A stretch of 64,000 nucleotides of DNA from Dehalococcoidia bacterium (GCA_965219085.1 OZ244720.1:1184001-1248000); one strand, 5' to 3'; shown: positions 8,750-18,896, counted from the first letter of the stretch. The notes: generated from the sequence alone by a model not told the origin. A program made the numbers and translations.

Positions 8750-10102
8750 CTACTCGACGGGGCCTTGCGGTGGCTCCGGCCGGCGACCGATCCACGCAGC
8801 CAGCAGCCCGAAGGTCACGAGCACCCCCGCCAGCGCCGCGACGCCCGCGGCCGCCTGCGGCGACGGCTCCCAGGTGTCCGCGCTGGTGCGCGGCGCGAGC
8901 GAGGCGCCGCCGGTGGTCTCCGTCGGCTGGGCGACCCGCGCGGTCGCCGCACCGTTGGCCGGCGCCGCGGGCGTGGCGGCGGGTGCGGCAGCCGCGGTCG
9001 AGGCCCCGCCACCTGTGGACGACGAGACGGCAGCCGGCGCTGGAGTGCGCGTCGGCGCTGGAGTGCGCGTCGACGTTGGAGTCGGAGTCGGCGTCGGCGT
9101 CGGCGTGGGCGTTGGTGTCGGGGTGGGCGTCGGCGTTGCTACCGGTGTGGGCGTTGGCGTCGGGGTGGGCGTCGGCGTTGGTATCGGCGTGGCCATCGGG
9201 GTGGCGAGAGCCGGAGTCGGCGTCGCGGCGGCTGTCGCGGTCACAACCGGCGTGGCCGGCCCGTCGTCGAATCCCTCGTATGCGATGCGGGCGAGGTTGC
9301 GGATCGCCTCGTACCCCGGGCCGAGGCCGTCGTCGCTCTCGGTGAGCAGCACGAGCACGAACGGCCCGGCGGGCGCGTAGACGATGCCCGCGTCGTTCGC
9401 GTAGGCGTAGAGGCGGCCCGTCTTGTGCGCGATCTCCACGTCCCCGGGCAGGAACCACGGGATGCGGTCGCGCACGAGCTGCCCGCGCAGCACCTCGAGC
9501 ATCGCCGCATCCTCGTCCGCGCCGACGAGCGTCCCGGCGTGGAGCTCGGCGAAGAAGTACGCGATGTCGTCCGCGGTGGTCGTGTACGCGCCGCCGACGA
9601 TCGTGTTGGGCATGCCGAGGCGAGCCGGCGCGGCGCCGATGGCGCTCCACTGCAGGCGGGCGGCAAGCGCCGCCGCGGTGTCGTTGTCGGAGAGCTGGAT
9701 CATGCGCCGTGCGGCCTCGCGCGCGCTCAGCTGGAAGACGTCGACGCCCTCGGCCCTGTCCGCCGTCGCCGGCCGGTACCGCCGGACGGTGATCGACTCG
9801 TCGAACGAGAACGTGCCCTGCCGCACCTGCTCGTGAGCCTCGGCCAGCACGATGAGCTTGTAGAGCGAAGCCGTGCGGAACACCTCGCCGGCGCGGTTGG
9901 AGCAGCGGCTCCCGTCGGTGAGGTCGAGGACGACGAAGCCCACACGGGCGCTGGACGCCTCGGCGTACTGCTGCATGGGCGCGCATACGTCGTCGACGGG
10001 GCCCGCGTGCGCGGTGCGGGGCACGGCGAGCGTGGCGAACGCAAGGGCCAGGACGAGCGCCGCGAGCGTGGGGCGCAGGGCGGCGCGGAGCGAGGGCGTC
10101 AT
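8750..10102 (-). CDS. Exported serine hydrolase, class A beta-lactamase/PBP-like, with Pro-Thr linker and C-terminal membrane anchor
   Basis: Signal peptide, SLYK (SxxK), SDN, HKTG; (PT)n stalk; hydrophobic tail + RR. Confidence 0.85.
   Translation of the reverse strand: MTPSLRAALRPTLAALVLALAFATLAVPRTAHAGPVDDVCAPMQQYAEASSARVGFVVLDLTDGSRCSNRAGEVFRTASLYKLIVLAEAHEQVRQGTFSFDESITVRRYRPATADRAEGVDVFQLSAREAARRMIQLSDNDTAAALAARLQWSAIGAAPARLGMPNTIVGGAYTTTADDIAYFFAELHAGTLVGADEDAAMLEVLRGQLVRDRIPWFLPGDVEIAHKTGRLYAYANDAGIVYAPAGPFVLVLLTESDDGLGPGYEAIRNLARIAYEGFDDGPATPVVTATAAATPTPALATPMATPIPTPTPTPTPTPTPVATPTPTPTPTPTPTPTPTPTPTSTRTPAPTRTPAPAAVSSSTGGGASTAAAAPAATPAAPANGAATARVAQPTETTGGASLAPRTSADTWEPSPQAAAGVAALAGVLVTFGLLAAWIGRRPEPPQGPVE
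9041..9225 (-). repeat. Coding (Pro-Thr)n low-complexity repeat
   Basis: Tandem hexamers GGCGTC/GGAGTC/GGCGTT on the + strand. Confidence 0.9.
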
Positions 10103-10336
10103 CCAGACGTACTCTCCCGATCCCCGGTCGCGAAGGATAGCAACGAGCCGCCTTAGCCCGAAGCCACGCCGAACCGTCCGGCGGCGCGCGAGCACTAGTG
10201 GGAGCGGCGGTTGCCGAGACGACGGAGCAAGCGTCACGGAGTGGCTCGCGGGGCCGATTTGGTGACGTTCCGCCGCTCCAGCGCGTCGACTTTGAGCCCT
10301 CGACGCCACCGGGAGCGGGTGAGCGGGGATTCGAGG

Positions 10337-10366
10337 TTGACCACCCATCGGCCACTCTCCCATAAT
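10337..10366 (+). promoter_or_regulatory. sigma70-type promoter
   Basis: TTGACC-N18-CATAAT. Confidence 0.65.
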
Positions 10367-10372
10367 CGCGCC

Positions 10373-10610
10373 GTTGAGTAATCACAGCTCGGCGATCGGC
10401 GGGAGACTCGCAGACCGGGTTCCCACGCGCGACGAGGCTGTGTCAGTCGGTGCTCGGCGAGCCGTGTCCGCCCTGCGGATGCGGGCGAGTCAGTCCGCCC
10501 GGATCGGTCCACCGTTCGTGTGTGAGCGGCGGGAGCCGAAGCCGGGCGCAGCGCATCGCAACCCGCGGGAAGGGCCGGCCGCGGGGGAGTGGGTGGGAGA
10601 CCCGCTCTCG
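10373..10610 (+). ncRNA. Candidate structured non-coding RNA (raiA-motif-like block order)
   Basis: Own promoter, no credible ORF; GCTCGGC/TCGGC near the 5' end pair with GCCGA/GCCGGGC near 10535-10548; CTCGCA pairs with TGTGAG; two GC hairpins at the 3' end. Confidence 0.5.
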
Positions 10611-10679
10611 TGTCAAGGCCGCAGCAGGCGAACGACATCGGCGTGACTGCGAAGCGCGCCAGAGTATAAGGAGAGGTAG

Positions 10680-11789
10680 ATGGACCTCGGATTCACCGAG
10701 ATGCAGGACTTGCTCAAGAACTCGGCGCGCGAGTTCCTGGAGGCCGAGTGCCCCGAGCAGCTGGTGCGCGACATGGAAGAAGATGACATGGGCTACTCGC
10801 CCGAGCTCTGGTCGATGATGGCCGAGCAGGGCTGGCAGGGCCTCCTCATCCCCGAGGAGCACGGCGGCGCCGGCCTGGACTTCCTGGACTTCTGCGTCCT
10901 GATCGAAGAGTTCGGCCGCGCGCTCGTGCCCGGCCCGTTCATGTCGAGCGTCCTCGGCGGCGCGGTCCCGATCATGGAGGCCGGCTCCGACGACCAGAAG
11001 GCGCAGTACCTGCCCGGTATCGCCTCCGGCGACCTCATCTTCACGCTCGCCCAGACCGAGCCTTCCGCCCGCTTCGACGAGGAGGGCATCCAGGCCTCCG
11101 CGACCGTCGACGGCAGCTCGGTCACCATCAGCGGCACGAAGCTGTTCGTCGCCGACGCCAACGTCGCCGACTACATGGTCGTCGCGGCCCGCTCCGGCGC
11201 GGGCGTGACGCTGGCCATCGTCCCGACGGCGCAGGACGGCGTGACGGTCAACCAGCTGCTCACGATCGCCCGCGACAAGCAGTGCGAGGTCGTCCTTGAT
11301 GGCGCGACCGGCGAGCTGCTGGGCGCCGACGGCGGCGGTTGGGACATCCTCGGCCCGGTCATGCAGAGGTACGCGGTCGCCGAGTGCGCCTACATGGTGG
11401 GCCTGGCGCAGATGGACTTCGAGATCTCGGTCGACTACGCCAAGGAGCGCGTGCAGTTCGGTCGCCCGATCGGCTCGTTCCAGGCCATCCAGCACAAGTG
11501 CGCGGACATGGTCACGGACGTCGACGGCTCGCGGTTCATCATGTACAAGGCCGCGTGGTCGCTGAACACCGACCAGGACGACGCACAGCTCGCCGTGAAC
11601 ATGGCGAAGGCGTGGACCTCCGAGGCCACCCGGCGTGTGGTCGCGCACGGGCAGCAGATCCACGGCGGCATCGGGTTCACGAAGGACTACAAGATCCAGC
11701 TGTACTACCGCCGCCAGAAGCGTGCGGAGCTCGCCTACGGCGACTCCGACCACCACCGCGAGCTCGTCGCCGACCAGCTCGGCATCTAG
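10680..11789 (+). CDS. Acyl-CoA dehydrogenase family protein
   Basis: PEEHGGAG, AQTEP, SGTKLFV, YAKERVQFGRPIGSFQAIQHKCADM, QIHGGIGFT. Confidence 0.95.
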   Translation: MDLGFTEMQDLLKNSAREFLEAECPEQLVRDMEEDDMGYSPELWSMMAEQGWQGLLIPEEHGGAGLDFLDFCVLIEEFGRALVPGPFMSSVLGGAVPIMEAGSDDQKAQYLPGIASGDLIFTLAQTEPSARFDEEGIQASATVDGSSVTISGTKLFVADANVADYMVVAARSGAGVTLAIVPTAQDGVTVNQLLTIARDKQCEVVLDGATGELLGADGGGWDILGPVMQRYAVAECAYMVGLAQMDFEISVDYAKERVQFGRPIGSFQAIQHKCADMVTDVDGSRFIMYKAAWSLNTDQDDAQLAVNMAKAWTSEATRRVVAHGQQIHGGIGFTKDYKIQLYYRRQKRAELAYGDSDHHRELVADQLGI

Positions 11790-11812
11790 TACTCGCGGCA
11801 CGGTTCGCAATC

Positions 11813-11842
11813 AATGGGGCCGCCCTTCGGGGCGGCCCCATT
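11813..11842 (+). terminator. Stem-loop terminator
   Basis: AATGGGGCCGCCC-TTCG-GGGCGGCCCCATT. Confidence 0.8.
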
Positions 11843-11892
11843 CGTTGTCCGGGGCAGGATGCCGGCTCTTAGATGTGGCCGCCAGGATCGGG

Positions 11893-12159
11893 CTATGCGA
11901 ACGCCGCGCCGGCGAGCTGACCGATCTGGTCGAGGAAAGCGTCCGTCGGGACCGCGCCCTCGCTCATGTCCGTCGTCAACTGCTCCAACTCGCCGAGCAG
12001 CCGCACGACATCTTCGTCCGCGGCGTCCAGCCCTGACCAGTCGACACCTGCCACGAAGTCGCAAACGGAACGCACCGGCGTGGCGCTGTCCAGCGCCTCG
12101 CGAAGCGCAGCTCGGACCTTGCGTTCGGACAGTGCCTGAATAGCGATCGTGTCGCCCAT
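11893..12159 (-). CDS. Hypothetical protein (88 aa, acidic helical)
   Basis: MGDTIAIQALSERKVRAALREALD...; protein-like composition. Confidence 0.5.
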   Translation of the reverse strand: MGDTIAIQALSERKVRAALREALDSATPVRSVCDFVAGVDWSGLDAADEDVVRLLGELEQLTTDMSEGAVPTDAFLDQIGQLAGAAFA

Positions 12160-12457
12160 GATCCGTCTCTCGCGGAGCCAACTGGAACGCGAGTGGGCCG
12201 ACAACGGCCTGCCAGCCAAGCGTGCCGACGGCATCCTTCACGCCGTTATCGTACACGAGCGAGCGGCGACGAATCCCGCCTATCCCGGAGGGGCCTCGCG
12301 GATCGTGAAGCTCCTCACGGCGAACAACCAGCACATCGGGACGATCCACGAGATCGTCCTGCCGGACGGCACGGTGCCGCACTCGCACCCGAAGGACTAC
12401 ACGCGCCGCGACTGCGAACGAGTCGCGGAACCGCTCGCAGACGATGAGTCCGCCTGA
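12158..12457 (+). CDS. Hypothetical protein (99 aa, His-containing)
   Basis: MIRLSRSQLEREW...GTIHEIVLPDGTVPHSHPKDY. Confidence 0.55.
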   Translation: MIRLSRSQLEREWADNGLPAKRADGILHAVIVHERAATNPAYPGGASRIVKLLTANNQHIGTIHEIVLPDGTVPHSHPKDYTRRDCERVAEPLADDESA

Positions 12458-12610
12458 TTGCTGCTCGCGGGCGACCACGAACCTGCCTCGAGGGTAAGTC
12501 CGACCCGTCCGCCTCACCCCCGCTCTGCTAACATCGATGCACGGGCGCGACACGCCCGGCGCCGCGCCGCCCCAACTGCACACGTACCGATCGAGGATCG
12601 CCACGACACC

Positions 12611-13435
12611 ATGCAGAACTTCAAGACCGTGGTCCTGCTCGCCGCCATCAGCGGCCTGCTCATCGCCATCGGCGCCATGCTCGGCGGGCCCGAAGGCGTC
12701 ATCATCGCCTTCGTCATCGCCCTCGCACTCAACGTCGGCTCCTACTGGTTCTCCGCCGACATCGTGCTCAAGACCTCGCACGCCCACGAGATCGAGCACG
12801 ACGACGACCCCGACCTCTTCCGCATGATCGAGACCGTCGCCAACGCCGCGAACATGCCCATGCCGCGCGTCTACATCATCGACTCCCCACAGCCCAACGC
12901 CTTCGCCACCGGCCGCAGCCCGAAGCACGCCGCCGTTGCCGTCACGACCGGCATCCGCCGCATCCTCACCGACCGCGAGCTGCGAGGCGTCCTCGGACAC
13001 GAGATGGCGCACGTCTCCAACCGCGACATCCTCACCTCCTCGATCGTCGCGACAGTGGCCTCGGCGATCTCGCTGATCTCGTTCTTCGCGTTCTTCTTCG
13101 GGGACCGGCGCAACGGGCTCGCGCTGCTCGTCGTCGCCATCGTCGCGCCGCTCGCGGCAAGCGTGATCCAGCTCGCCATCAGCCGCGCGCGCGAGTACCA
13201 GGCCGACACGGACGGCGCCAACTATGTGAGCGACCCCCAGGCGCTCGCCTCGGCGCTGTCGAAGCTGGAGCGCGGCGCGCAGGTGATCCCGATGGAGGTG
13301 CCGAACGCGACCGCGCACCTGTTCATCGTGAACCCGCTGGCCGGGCACAGCTTCTCGGGCCTGTTCTCGACGCACCCGCCCATGGAGCGGCGCATCGAGC
13401 GCCTGCGCCAGATGTCGGGCTACGGCGGCCGGTAG
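12611..13435 (+). CDS. htpX: Zinc metalloprotease HtpX
   Basis: QPNAFATGR, HEMAH, SRAREYQAD, FSTHPP. Confidence 0.95.
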   Translation: MQNFKTVVLLAAISGLLIAIGAMLGGPEGVIIAFVIALALNVGSYWFSADIVLKTSHAHEIEHDDDPDLFRMIETVANAANMPMPRVYIIDSPQPNAFATGRSPKHAAVAVTTGIRRILTDRELRGVLGHEMAHVSNRDILTSSIVATVASAISLISFFAFFFGDRRNGLALLVVAIVAPLAASVIQLAISRAREYQADTDGANYVSDPQALASALSKLERGAQVIPMEVPNATAHLFIVNPLAGHSFSGLFSTHPPMERRIERLRQMSGYGGR

Positions 13436-13450
13436 GCCTGGACCTGCCCC

Positions 13451-14551
13451 TCAGTCCCCGACCGACGCGAGCACGTCGAGGTCCACCGCGGCCTGGCCGG
13501 CGTTGCGCACGAACCTCGAGAGCACCGCGGGCGGACGCTCCTGCCCCTTATCGGCATGCCCGCGCATGAGCAGGAAGAACATGCGCGTGAACGGCTCGCA
13601 GAACGACAGCCGGTAGACGTCGAAGCACTCCTCGAACGTGACGCCCTCGCCGCCGCCGGCTGCGAGGGCGTCGACGTAGCGACGCAGCAGCGCCTGCTCG
13701 TGCTCGCGCCGCTGCTCGGGCTCGAAGGCCATGCACATGAAGTAGGCGAGGTCGTACGGGCCCGGGCCGCGCGAGGCGTTCGACCAGTCGACGGCGGCGA
13801 CGGGCTCGGCGGCATCGGCGGGGAAGAACAGGTTGTCGAGCCGCAGGTCGCCGTGCAGCAGCGTCGGCGGCGACTCCGCCAGCCGTGTCACGGCCTCGCC
13901 GAGGTGGTGCGTTATCGCCTCGCCGAACGGCACAAGCTCTCCCGGCACGAGCTCCTCGATCCACTCGCGCTGCTCGCGCCAGGCGGTCGCGAACATGCGC
14001 TGCCAGACGAAGGCGCGCTCATCGATCGCGGGCATCCAGTCGAGCGCGTCCAGGTCGGGCGAGCGCCACCAGGCAGCGTGCATCGCCGCGACGGCGTCGA
14101 CGACGCGCTCGGCGTCCTCAAGCGTCGTGCCCACGAGGTCGTCGCCGGAGGCTATCGCGCCGAGGTCTTCGAGCAACAGCACGAAGGCGTCGCCGTCGTC
14201 ATCGATGGCCGCGTAGTAGCAGGCGGGGACGCGCACCGGCACGCGGCCGGCGAGTTCGCGGTAGAAGCGCACCTCGCGCTCGGGGAGGCGCAGGAAGCGG
14301 CCGCCGCCGCGCGTGAGCTCGATGGCGCTCGGCAGCTTGGCGATGATCGAGGCGGGCGCACCAGGCGCGTCGCCCTCGTAGGCGAGGCGGATCCGCGCCA
14401 CCGTGCCGCCGATGCCGCGGTCAGCTGCAACGAGCTCCGCGTGAGCCTCGGCGATGCGGGCGCCGCCGAGCACGCCCGAGTCGCGCAACGCGTCGTTGAG
14501 CCACGCGGGCGTGAACTGCGCAAGGTCGCCGGGTGTCGCGGGTACGGGCAT
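13451..14551 (-). CDS. Phosphotransferase (APH/ecdysteroid kinase-like)
   Basis: REVRFY, LLLEDL, HGDLRLDN, DW, GPYDLAYF. Confidence 0.9.
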   Translation of the reverse strand: MPVPATPGDLAQFTPAWLNDALRDSGVLGGARIAEAHAELVAADRGIGGTVARIRLAYEGDAPGAPASIIAKLPSAIELTRGGGRFLRLPEREVRFYRELAGRVPVRVPACYYAAIDDDGDAFVLLLEDLGAIASGDDLVGTTLEDAERVVDAVAAMHAAWWRSPDLDALDWMPAIDERAFVWQRMFATAWREQREWIEELVPGELVPFGEAITHHLGEAVTRLAESPPTLLHGDLRLDNLFFPADAAEPVAAVDWSNASRGPGPYDLAYFMCMAFEPEQRREHEQALLRRYVDALAAGGGEGVTFEECFDVYRLSFCEPFTRMFFLLMRGHADKGQERPPAVLSRFVRNAGQAAVDLDVLASVGD

Positions 14552-14638
14552 GGATGCGATAGTATCGCGACAGCACTGACACTTCGTCTCACACTAGTAC
14601 GCGGAAGCACAATCGGCACGGCACGAAGGGACCGCGAC

Positions 14639-16501
14639 ATGTCTGTCCGCCACGCATGGCTACACACGTTCCTCGCAGCGCTCGTCACGTTCGCCCTCGC
14701 CGCCTGCGCGGGCGACTCCGACGGCACGGACGGCGCGTCCGAGGCGACCGAGTCCACTCCCCCGCCCTCCACCGCCACCCCGGCCGCCGACGAGTCGATC
14801 ATCGAGCAGCTCCGAGCGAACGCCGACGCCTTCTCGTACGACATCGGCACCCCGGGTGGGACGGTGACGACGGCCACCATCGGCAAGCCGCTCACCTTCA
14901 ACCTCGCGCTCTCGAACGACGCCTACTCCTCGGGGCTCCTCGGCAACCTGTTCGAGGGACTCACCGAGGTGTCGTGGCTGACCGACGAGGTCGAGCCGGG
15001 GCTGGCCGAGTCGTGGGAGCACTCGGACGACGGACTGACGTGGACGTTCCACCTCCGCACCAACGTGCGCTGGCACGACGGCCAGCCGTTCACCGCCCGC
15101 GACGTGGACTTCACGTTCAACCGCATCATCTACGACGACGACATCCCCACCAGCGACCGCGCCGCCTTCCAGTTCCGGTACCTCGACGCCGCCGGCGAGT
15201 GGCAGGAGGCGCCGATGACCGTGACCGCCGTCGACGACTACACGGTGCAGTTCGTGTTGCCGACGCCGTTCGCGCCGTTCCTGCGCTCGATGGGGGCGGC
15301 GATTTACCCCCGGCACATCCTCGAGCCGCACGTCGAGGCGGGGACGTTCAACCAGGTGTGGAGCGTGGACACGGATCCGTCGGAGGTCGTTGGCACCGGC
15401 CCGTTCACCATCGAGAGCTACGTGCAGGACGAGCGAGTGGTGCTGCGGCGCAACCCCGACTATTGGCTGCGCGATGACCAGGGCAACGCCCTCCCGTACA
15501 TCGAGACCATCGTGCACCTGCTCGTCCCGACCATCGAGGACGAGCTGGCGAAGTTCCAGGCGGGCGAGGTGGATGCGTATGGGTTGCGCGGCGAGGACTA
15601 CGCCACCCTCGAGCCGCTGCAGGAGGCGGGCAACTTCACCATCCACCGCCGCGGCCCCGCGTTCGGCACCGTGTTCCTCGGCTTCAACCTCAACACGGGC
15701 TCGGACCCCGAGACCGGCGACCCCTACGTCGCGCCCGAGCAGCTGGCGTGGTTCTCCAACGTCGAGTTCCGCCGCGCCGTGGCGCACAGCATCGACAAGG
15801 CGCGCATCATCGCCGACGTCCAGCACGGGCTCGGCTACCCGCAGTGGGCGTCGATCAGCCCCGCCGCCGGCGACTTCCACAACCCCGACGTGCGCCGCTA
15901 CGAGTACGACGTCGAGGGCGCCAACGCGATCCTCGACGGCCTCGGCTGGCGCGACGGCGATGGAGACGGGGTGCGCGAGGACGGCGCCGGCAACCCGATC
16001 TCGTTCAAGCTCGTGACGAACGTCGACAACGACGTGCGCGCCCGCGTCGCGACGATCATCGACGAGGGGCTCGACCTCATCGGCATCGACGCGCGGTTCG
16101 AGCCGATCGACTTCGGGGACCTCGTGGGACAGCTGACCACGACGTACGACTGGGAGGCGATGATCGTCGGGCTGACCGGCGGCACGGAGCCGCACGGCGG
16201 CATCGCCGTGTGGCACAGCAGCGAGTCGCTGCACCTGTGGCGCCCGAACCAGGAGCAGCCGGCCACCGAGTGGGAAGCCGACATCGACGTGGCGTACGTC
16301 AGGGGCAGCCAGGAGCTCAACCACGAAGCGCGCGTCGCGCACTATCATCGCGCGCAGGCGATCGCGGCCGAGCAGCTGCCGCTCATCTACACGACGCTCT
16401 CCGAGCGCCTGAGCGCGGTACGCAACGTCTTTGGCAACACGACGCCGACCCTGTACGGGCTATGGGACGTCCGCTATGTATACCGGACGGACCTGAACTA
16501 G
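14639..16501 (+). CDS. ABC transporter substrate-binding lipoprotein, family 5
   Basis: Lipobox LAAC; PGLAESWE.SDDGLTWTFHLR, WHDG.PFTA.DV, GTGPF, RNPDYW. Confidence 0.95.
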   Translation: MSVRHAWLHTFLAALVTFALAACAGDSDGTDGASEATESTPPPSTATPAADESIIEQLRANADAFSYDIGTPGGTVTTATIGKPLTFNLALSNDAYSSGLLGNLFEGLTEVSWLTDEVEPGLAESWEHSDDGLTWTFHLRTNVRWHDGQPFTARDVDFTFNRIIYDDDIPTSDRAAFQFRYLDAAGEWQEAPMTVTAVDDYTVQFVLPTPFAPFLRSMGAAIYPRHILEPHVEAGTFNQVWSVDTDPSEVVGTGPFTIESYVQDERVVLRRNPDYWLRDDQGNALPYIETIVHLLVPTIEDELAKFQAGEVDAYGLRGEDYATLEPLQEAGNFTIHRRGPAFGTVFLGFNLNTGSDPETGDPYVAPEQLAWFSNVEFRRAVAHSIDKARIIADVQHGLGYPQWASISPAAGDFHNPDVRRYEYDVEGANAILDGLGWRDGDGDGVREDGAGNPISFKLVTNVDNDVRARVATIIDEGLDLIGIDARFEPIDFGDLVGQLTTTYDWEAMIVGLTGGTEPHGGIAVWHSSESLHLWRPNQEQPATEWEADIDVAYVRGSQELNHEARVAHYHRAQAIAAEQLPLIYTTLSERLSAVRNVFGNTTPTLYGLWDVRYVYRTDLN

Positions 16502-16523
16502 CGGGACGAGGCAGTCGCGCACG

Positions 16524-17156
16524 GAGCGACTCGCCTGGTTCCGTACACTCGAGTTCCGGCGCGCCGTAGCGCACAGCATGGACCGGGACCGGATCATCGC
16601 CGAGGCGATGGGGGGATCGGCTTCCCGCTGTGGGCGGCGCTCTCGCCGGCCTGTGGCGACTTCCACAACCCGAACGTTCGCCGCTACGAATACGACATCG
16701 ACAAGGCCAACGCGATCCTCGACGGCCTCGGTTGGCGCGACGGCGACGACGGCGTGCGCGAGGATCGGGCGGGCAATCCGATCACGGCTCACCTCCATGT
16801 ACGACTGGGAGACGGTGATCATCGGCCTCACCGGTAGTCCGGAACCGCACAGCGCGATCAGCCTCTTGAACAGCAGCGGCACACTGCACCTCTGGCACCC
16901 GCACCAGCCCTCGCCGGCCACGGATTGGGAGGCCAGCATCGACGCCCTTACATCGCAGGGAGCCAGGAACTGGATCACGAGCAACGCGTCGAGTTGTACC
17001 ATCGCGCGCAGGTCATCATGGGCCGAGCAACTCCCGCTGATCTTCATGCCGCTGTCGGAGCGGTTGACCGCGACGCGGAACGTGTTCGGCAATATGGCGC
17101 CTACCGAGCACGCGCTATGGGACATCCGTTACCTGTACCGTACTGGCACGAAATAG
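16524..17156 (+). pseudogene. Decayed copy of the C-terminal part of a family-5 SBP
   Basis: ERLAWFRTLEFRRAVAHSMDRDRII vs upstream EQLAWFSNVEFRRAVAHSIDKARII; frameshifts and internal deletion; ends LWDIRYLYRT. Confidence 0.85.
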
Positions 17157-17187
17157 CGGCACGAGGCAGCAGCGAAGGAGCAACCAC

Positions 17188-18027
17188 ATGGCCACCGCGA
17201 CGATCAACGGCGTCGAGATCTACTACGAGGAGCACGGCTCGGGCCCGCCGATCCTGTTCCACCACGGCTTCACCGGGTCGCACGACGGCTTCGTGCCGAT
17301 CGCCGAGCGCCTGCAGGATCGCTTCCGCTGCATCCTCATGGACTCTCGCGGCGCCGGCGACAGCGAGCGTCCCGACGGCGGCTACACGATCGAGCAGTAC
17401 TCGCAAGACATCGTCGGTCTGCTCGACCACCTCGGGCTCGACCAGGTCGCGTACGTCGGCCACAGCATGGGCGGCGGCATCGGCTTCCAGCTCGGCCTCG
17501 AGCACGCCGAGCGCTTCACGCACATCATGCTCGTCACGCCCATCTCCGCCGACGGCTACGCGACCGACCCGGTGCAGGCGGCGCGAGGCCGCCAGCTGCG
17601 CATGGACGGGGCGCGCGACGTGCTGATCCGCGAACGCAAGACCGGGATCGCGCGCGAGGAGCTCATCGACGAAGCCGAGATCGCACGGGACGTCGACCGC
17701 TCGCTCTCGGCCTCCGACGGCCACTACGACGACGGCATGGTGGCGATGGCCACCCTGCGCGTCGGTGACCGCCTGGACGAGATGACGACGCCGACGCTGA
17801 TGATCACCTCCGCCGCCGACGCCCTGCTCGCGGCCAACCTCGCCGACTTCCAGCGCCTGCCGAACGCCTCGCTGCACGTCTTCAACCGCGTCGCGCACGG
17901 CGTGCAGGACGAGGTCCCGGACGAGTTCGCCGAGTTGGTCGCGGACTTCGTGACGCACGGCGTGGTTAACGCGCAGACGCTGGCTGACCGCCTCGTCGCC
18001 GTGCAGGCGGAGGCCGCAGCGGTCTAG
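17188..18027 (+). CDS. Alpha/beta hydrolase
   Basis: HGFTG, DSRGAGDS, GHSMGG nucleophile elbow, late His. Confidence 0.95.
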   Translation: MATATINGVEIYYEEHGSGPPILFHHGFTGSHDGFVPIAERLQDRFRCILMDSRGAGDSERPDGGYTIEQYSQDIVGLLDHLGLDQVAYVGHSMGGGIGFQLGLEHAERFTHIMLVTPISADGYATDPVQAARGRQLRMDGARDVLIRERKTGIAREELIDEAEIARDVDRSLSASDGHYDDGMVAMATLRVGDRLDEMTTPTLMITSAADALLAANLADFQRLPNASLHVFNRVAHGVQDEVPDEFAELVADFVTHGVVNAQTLADRLVAVQAEAAAV

Positions 18028-18170
18028 CAGGCTGCTGAAGAAGCGCCCTTCCGGGGTCTCGGAGTGGCGAGAGGCGGCTTCAAGCCGCCTCCGGGTTCGT
18101 GATCGTGGCCTCCTGACCGGCCCCCGGGGGCCTCTGAGGGCTCCCTGGCGGGGCGGAGGGCGCACTGCGC

Positions 18171-18646
18171 CTACGCCGCGGCGGTCTCGAGCGTGGCCAT
18201 GCGCACGAGGTTGTAGGCGGCGGCGGTGAGCTCCAGCCAACAGCGGTTGCGCTCGCGGCCCACGAAGCGCAGCTTGCGCCCGCCGCCCACGGTCTTCATC
18301 CAGCCGAAGACCTGCTCCACGATCTTGCGCCGCTTCTGACTCTGCCTGTAGCCGCGATGCCGCGTGGTGCGCCCATCCACGGCGCTGCGGCGGCCGCGGT
18401 CGTGCTGCGCCACGTGCGGCGTCACGCCGCGAGCGCGCAGCGCCGCCACGAAGCCGCGCGTGTCGTAGCCGCGGTCGGCGCCCAGCGTCCCGCAGCCGCT
18501 CACGCTGCGCTCCAGCATCGTGACCGCCGCCTCGCGCTCGGCGTACCCGTTCGCCTCGGTCAACTCCACGTCCAGCACCAGACCGTGACGGTTCTCGGTG
18601 AGCAGATGGCCCATGTAGCTGAGCTTCGCCGTCTGCCCCGACCCCT
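18171..18646 (-). pseudogene. IS5 transposase, C-terminal fragment
   Basis: GSGQTAKLSYMGHLLTENRHGLV...GADRGYD...RKIVEQVFGWMK...AAYNLVRM. Confidence 0.9.
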
Positions 18647-18654
18647 AATGGGGC

Positions 18655-18890
18655 CCGACCAGCGGCCAGAGGTTCTCTGGCAGACTGGTTCTGGACCCTG
18701 CCAGCCGGTGAGCTCTCAGCTGATCCCTGCGGCTTCTGGACCGCTTCACGAAGACCGAGCCCCTGCTGGTATTCCGGGTTGTTCTGCAGCACTCATGGGG
18801 TGTCGTGCCATCGAGCACTGATCCATTAGGCCGTCGCAGGAACCAACCCGCCGGGTCGCACCGAGCAGCGCGAAGCGGGAGAGGAACTGA
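18655..18890 (+). ncRNA. Bridge RNA of IS110 element (ends approximate)
   Basis: Target loop CTGATCCCT (18720-28)/CACGAAG (18747-53); donor loop GGGGTGTC (18797-804)/CCATTAG (18823-29); each pair is separated by a short stem-loop. Confidence 0.85.
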
Positions 18891-18896
18891 AACACG

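Noticed and set aside
10130-10610. RNase P, SRP, tmRNA or 6S identity for the intergenic RNA
   Set aside because: No GAGGAAAGTCC, no SRP helix-8 motif, no tRNA-like ends seen; 6S not positively supported
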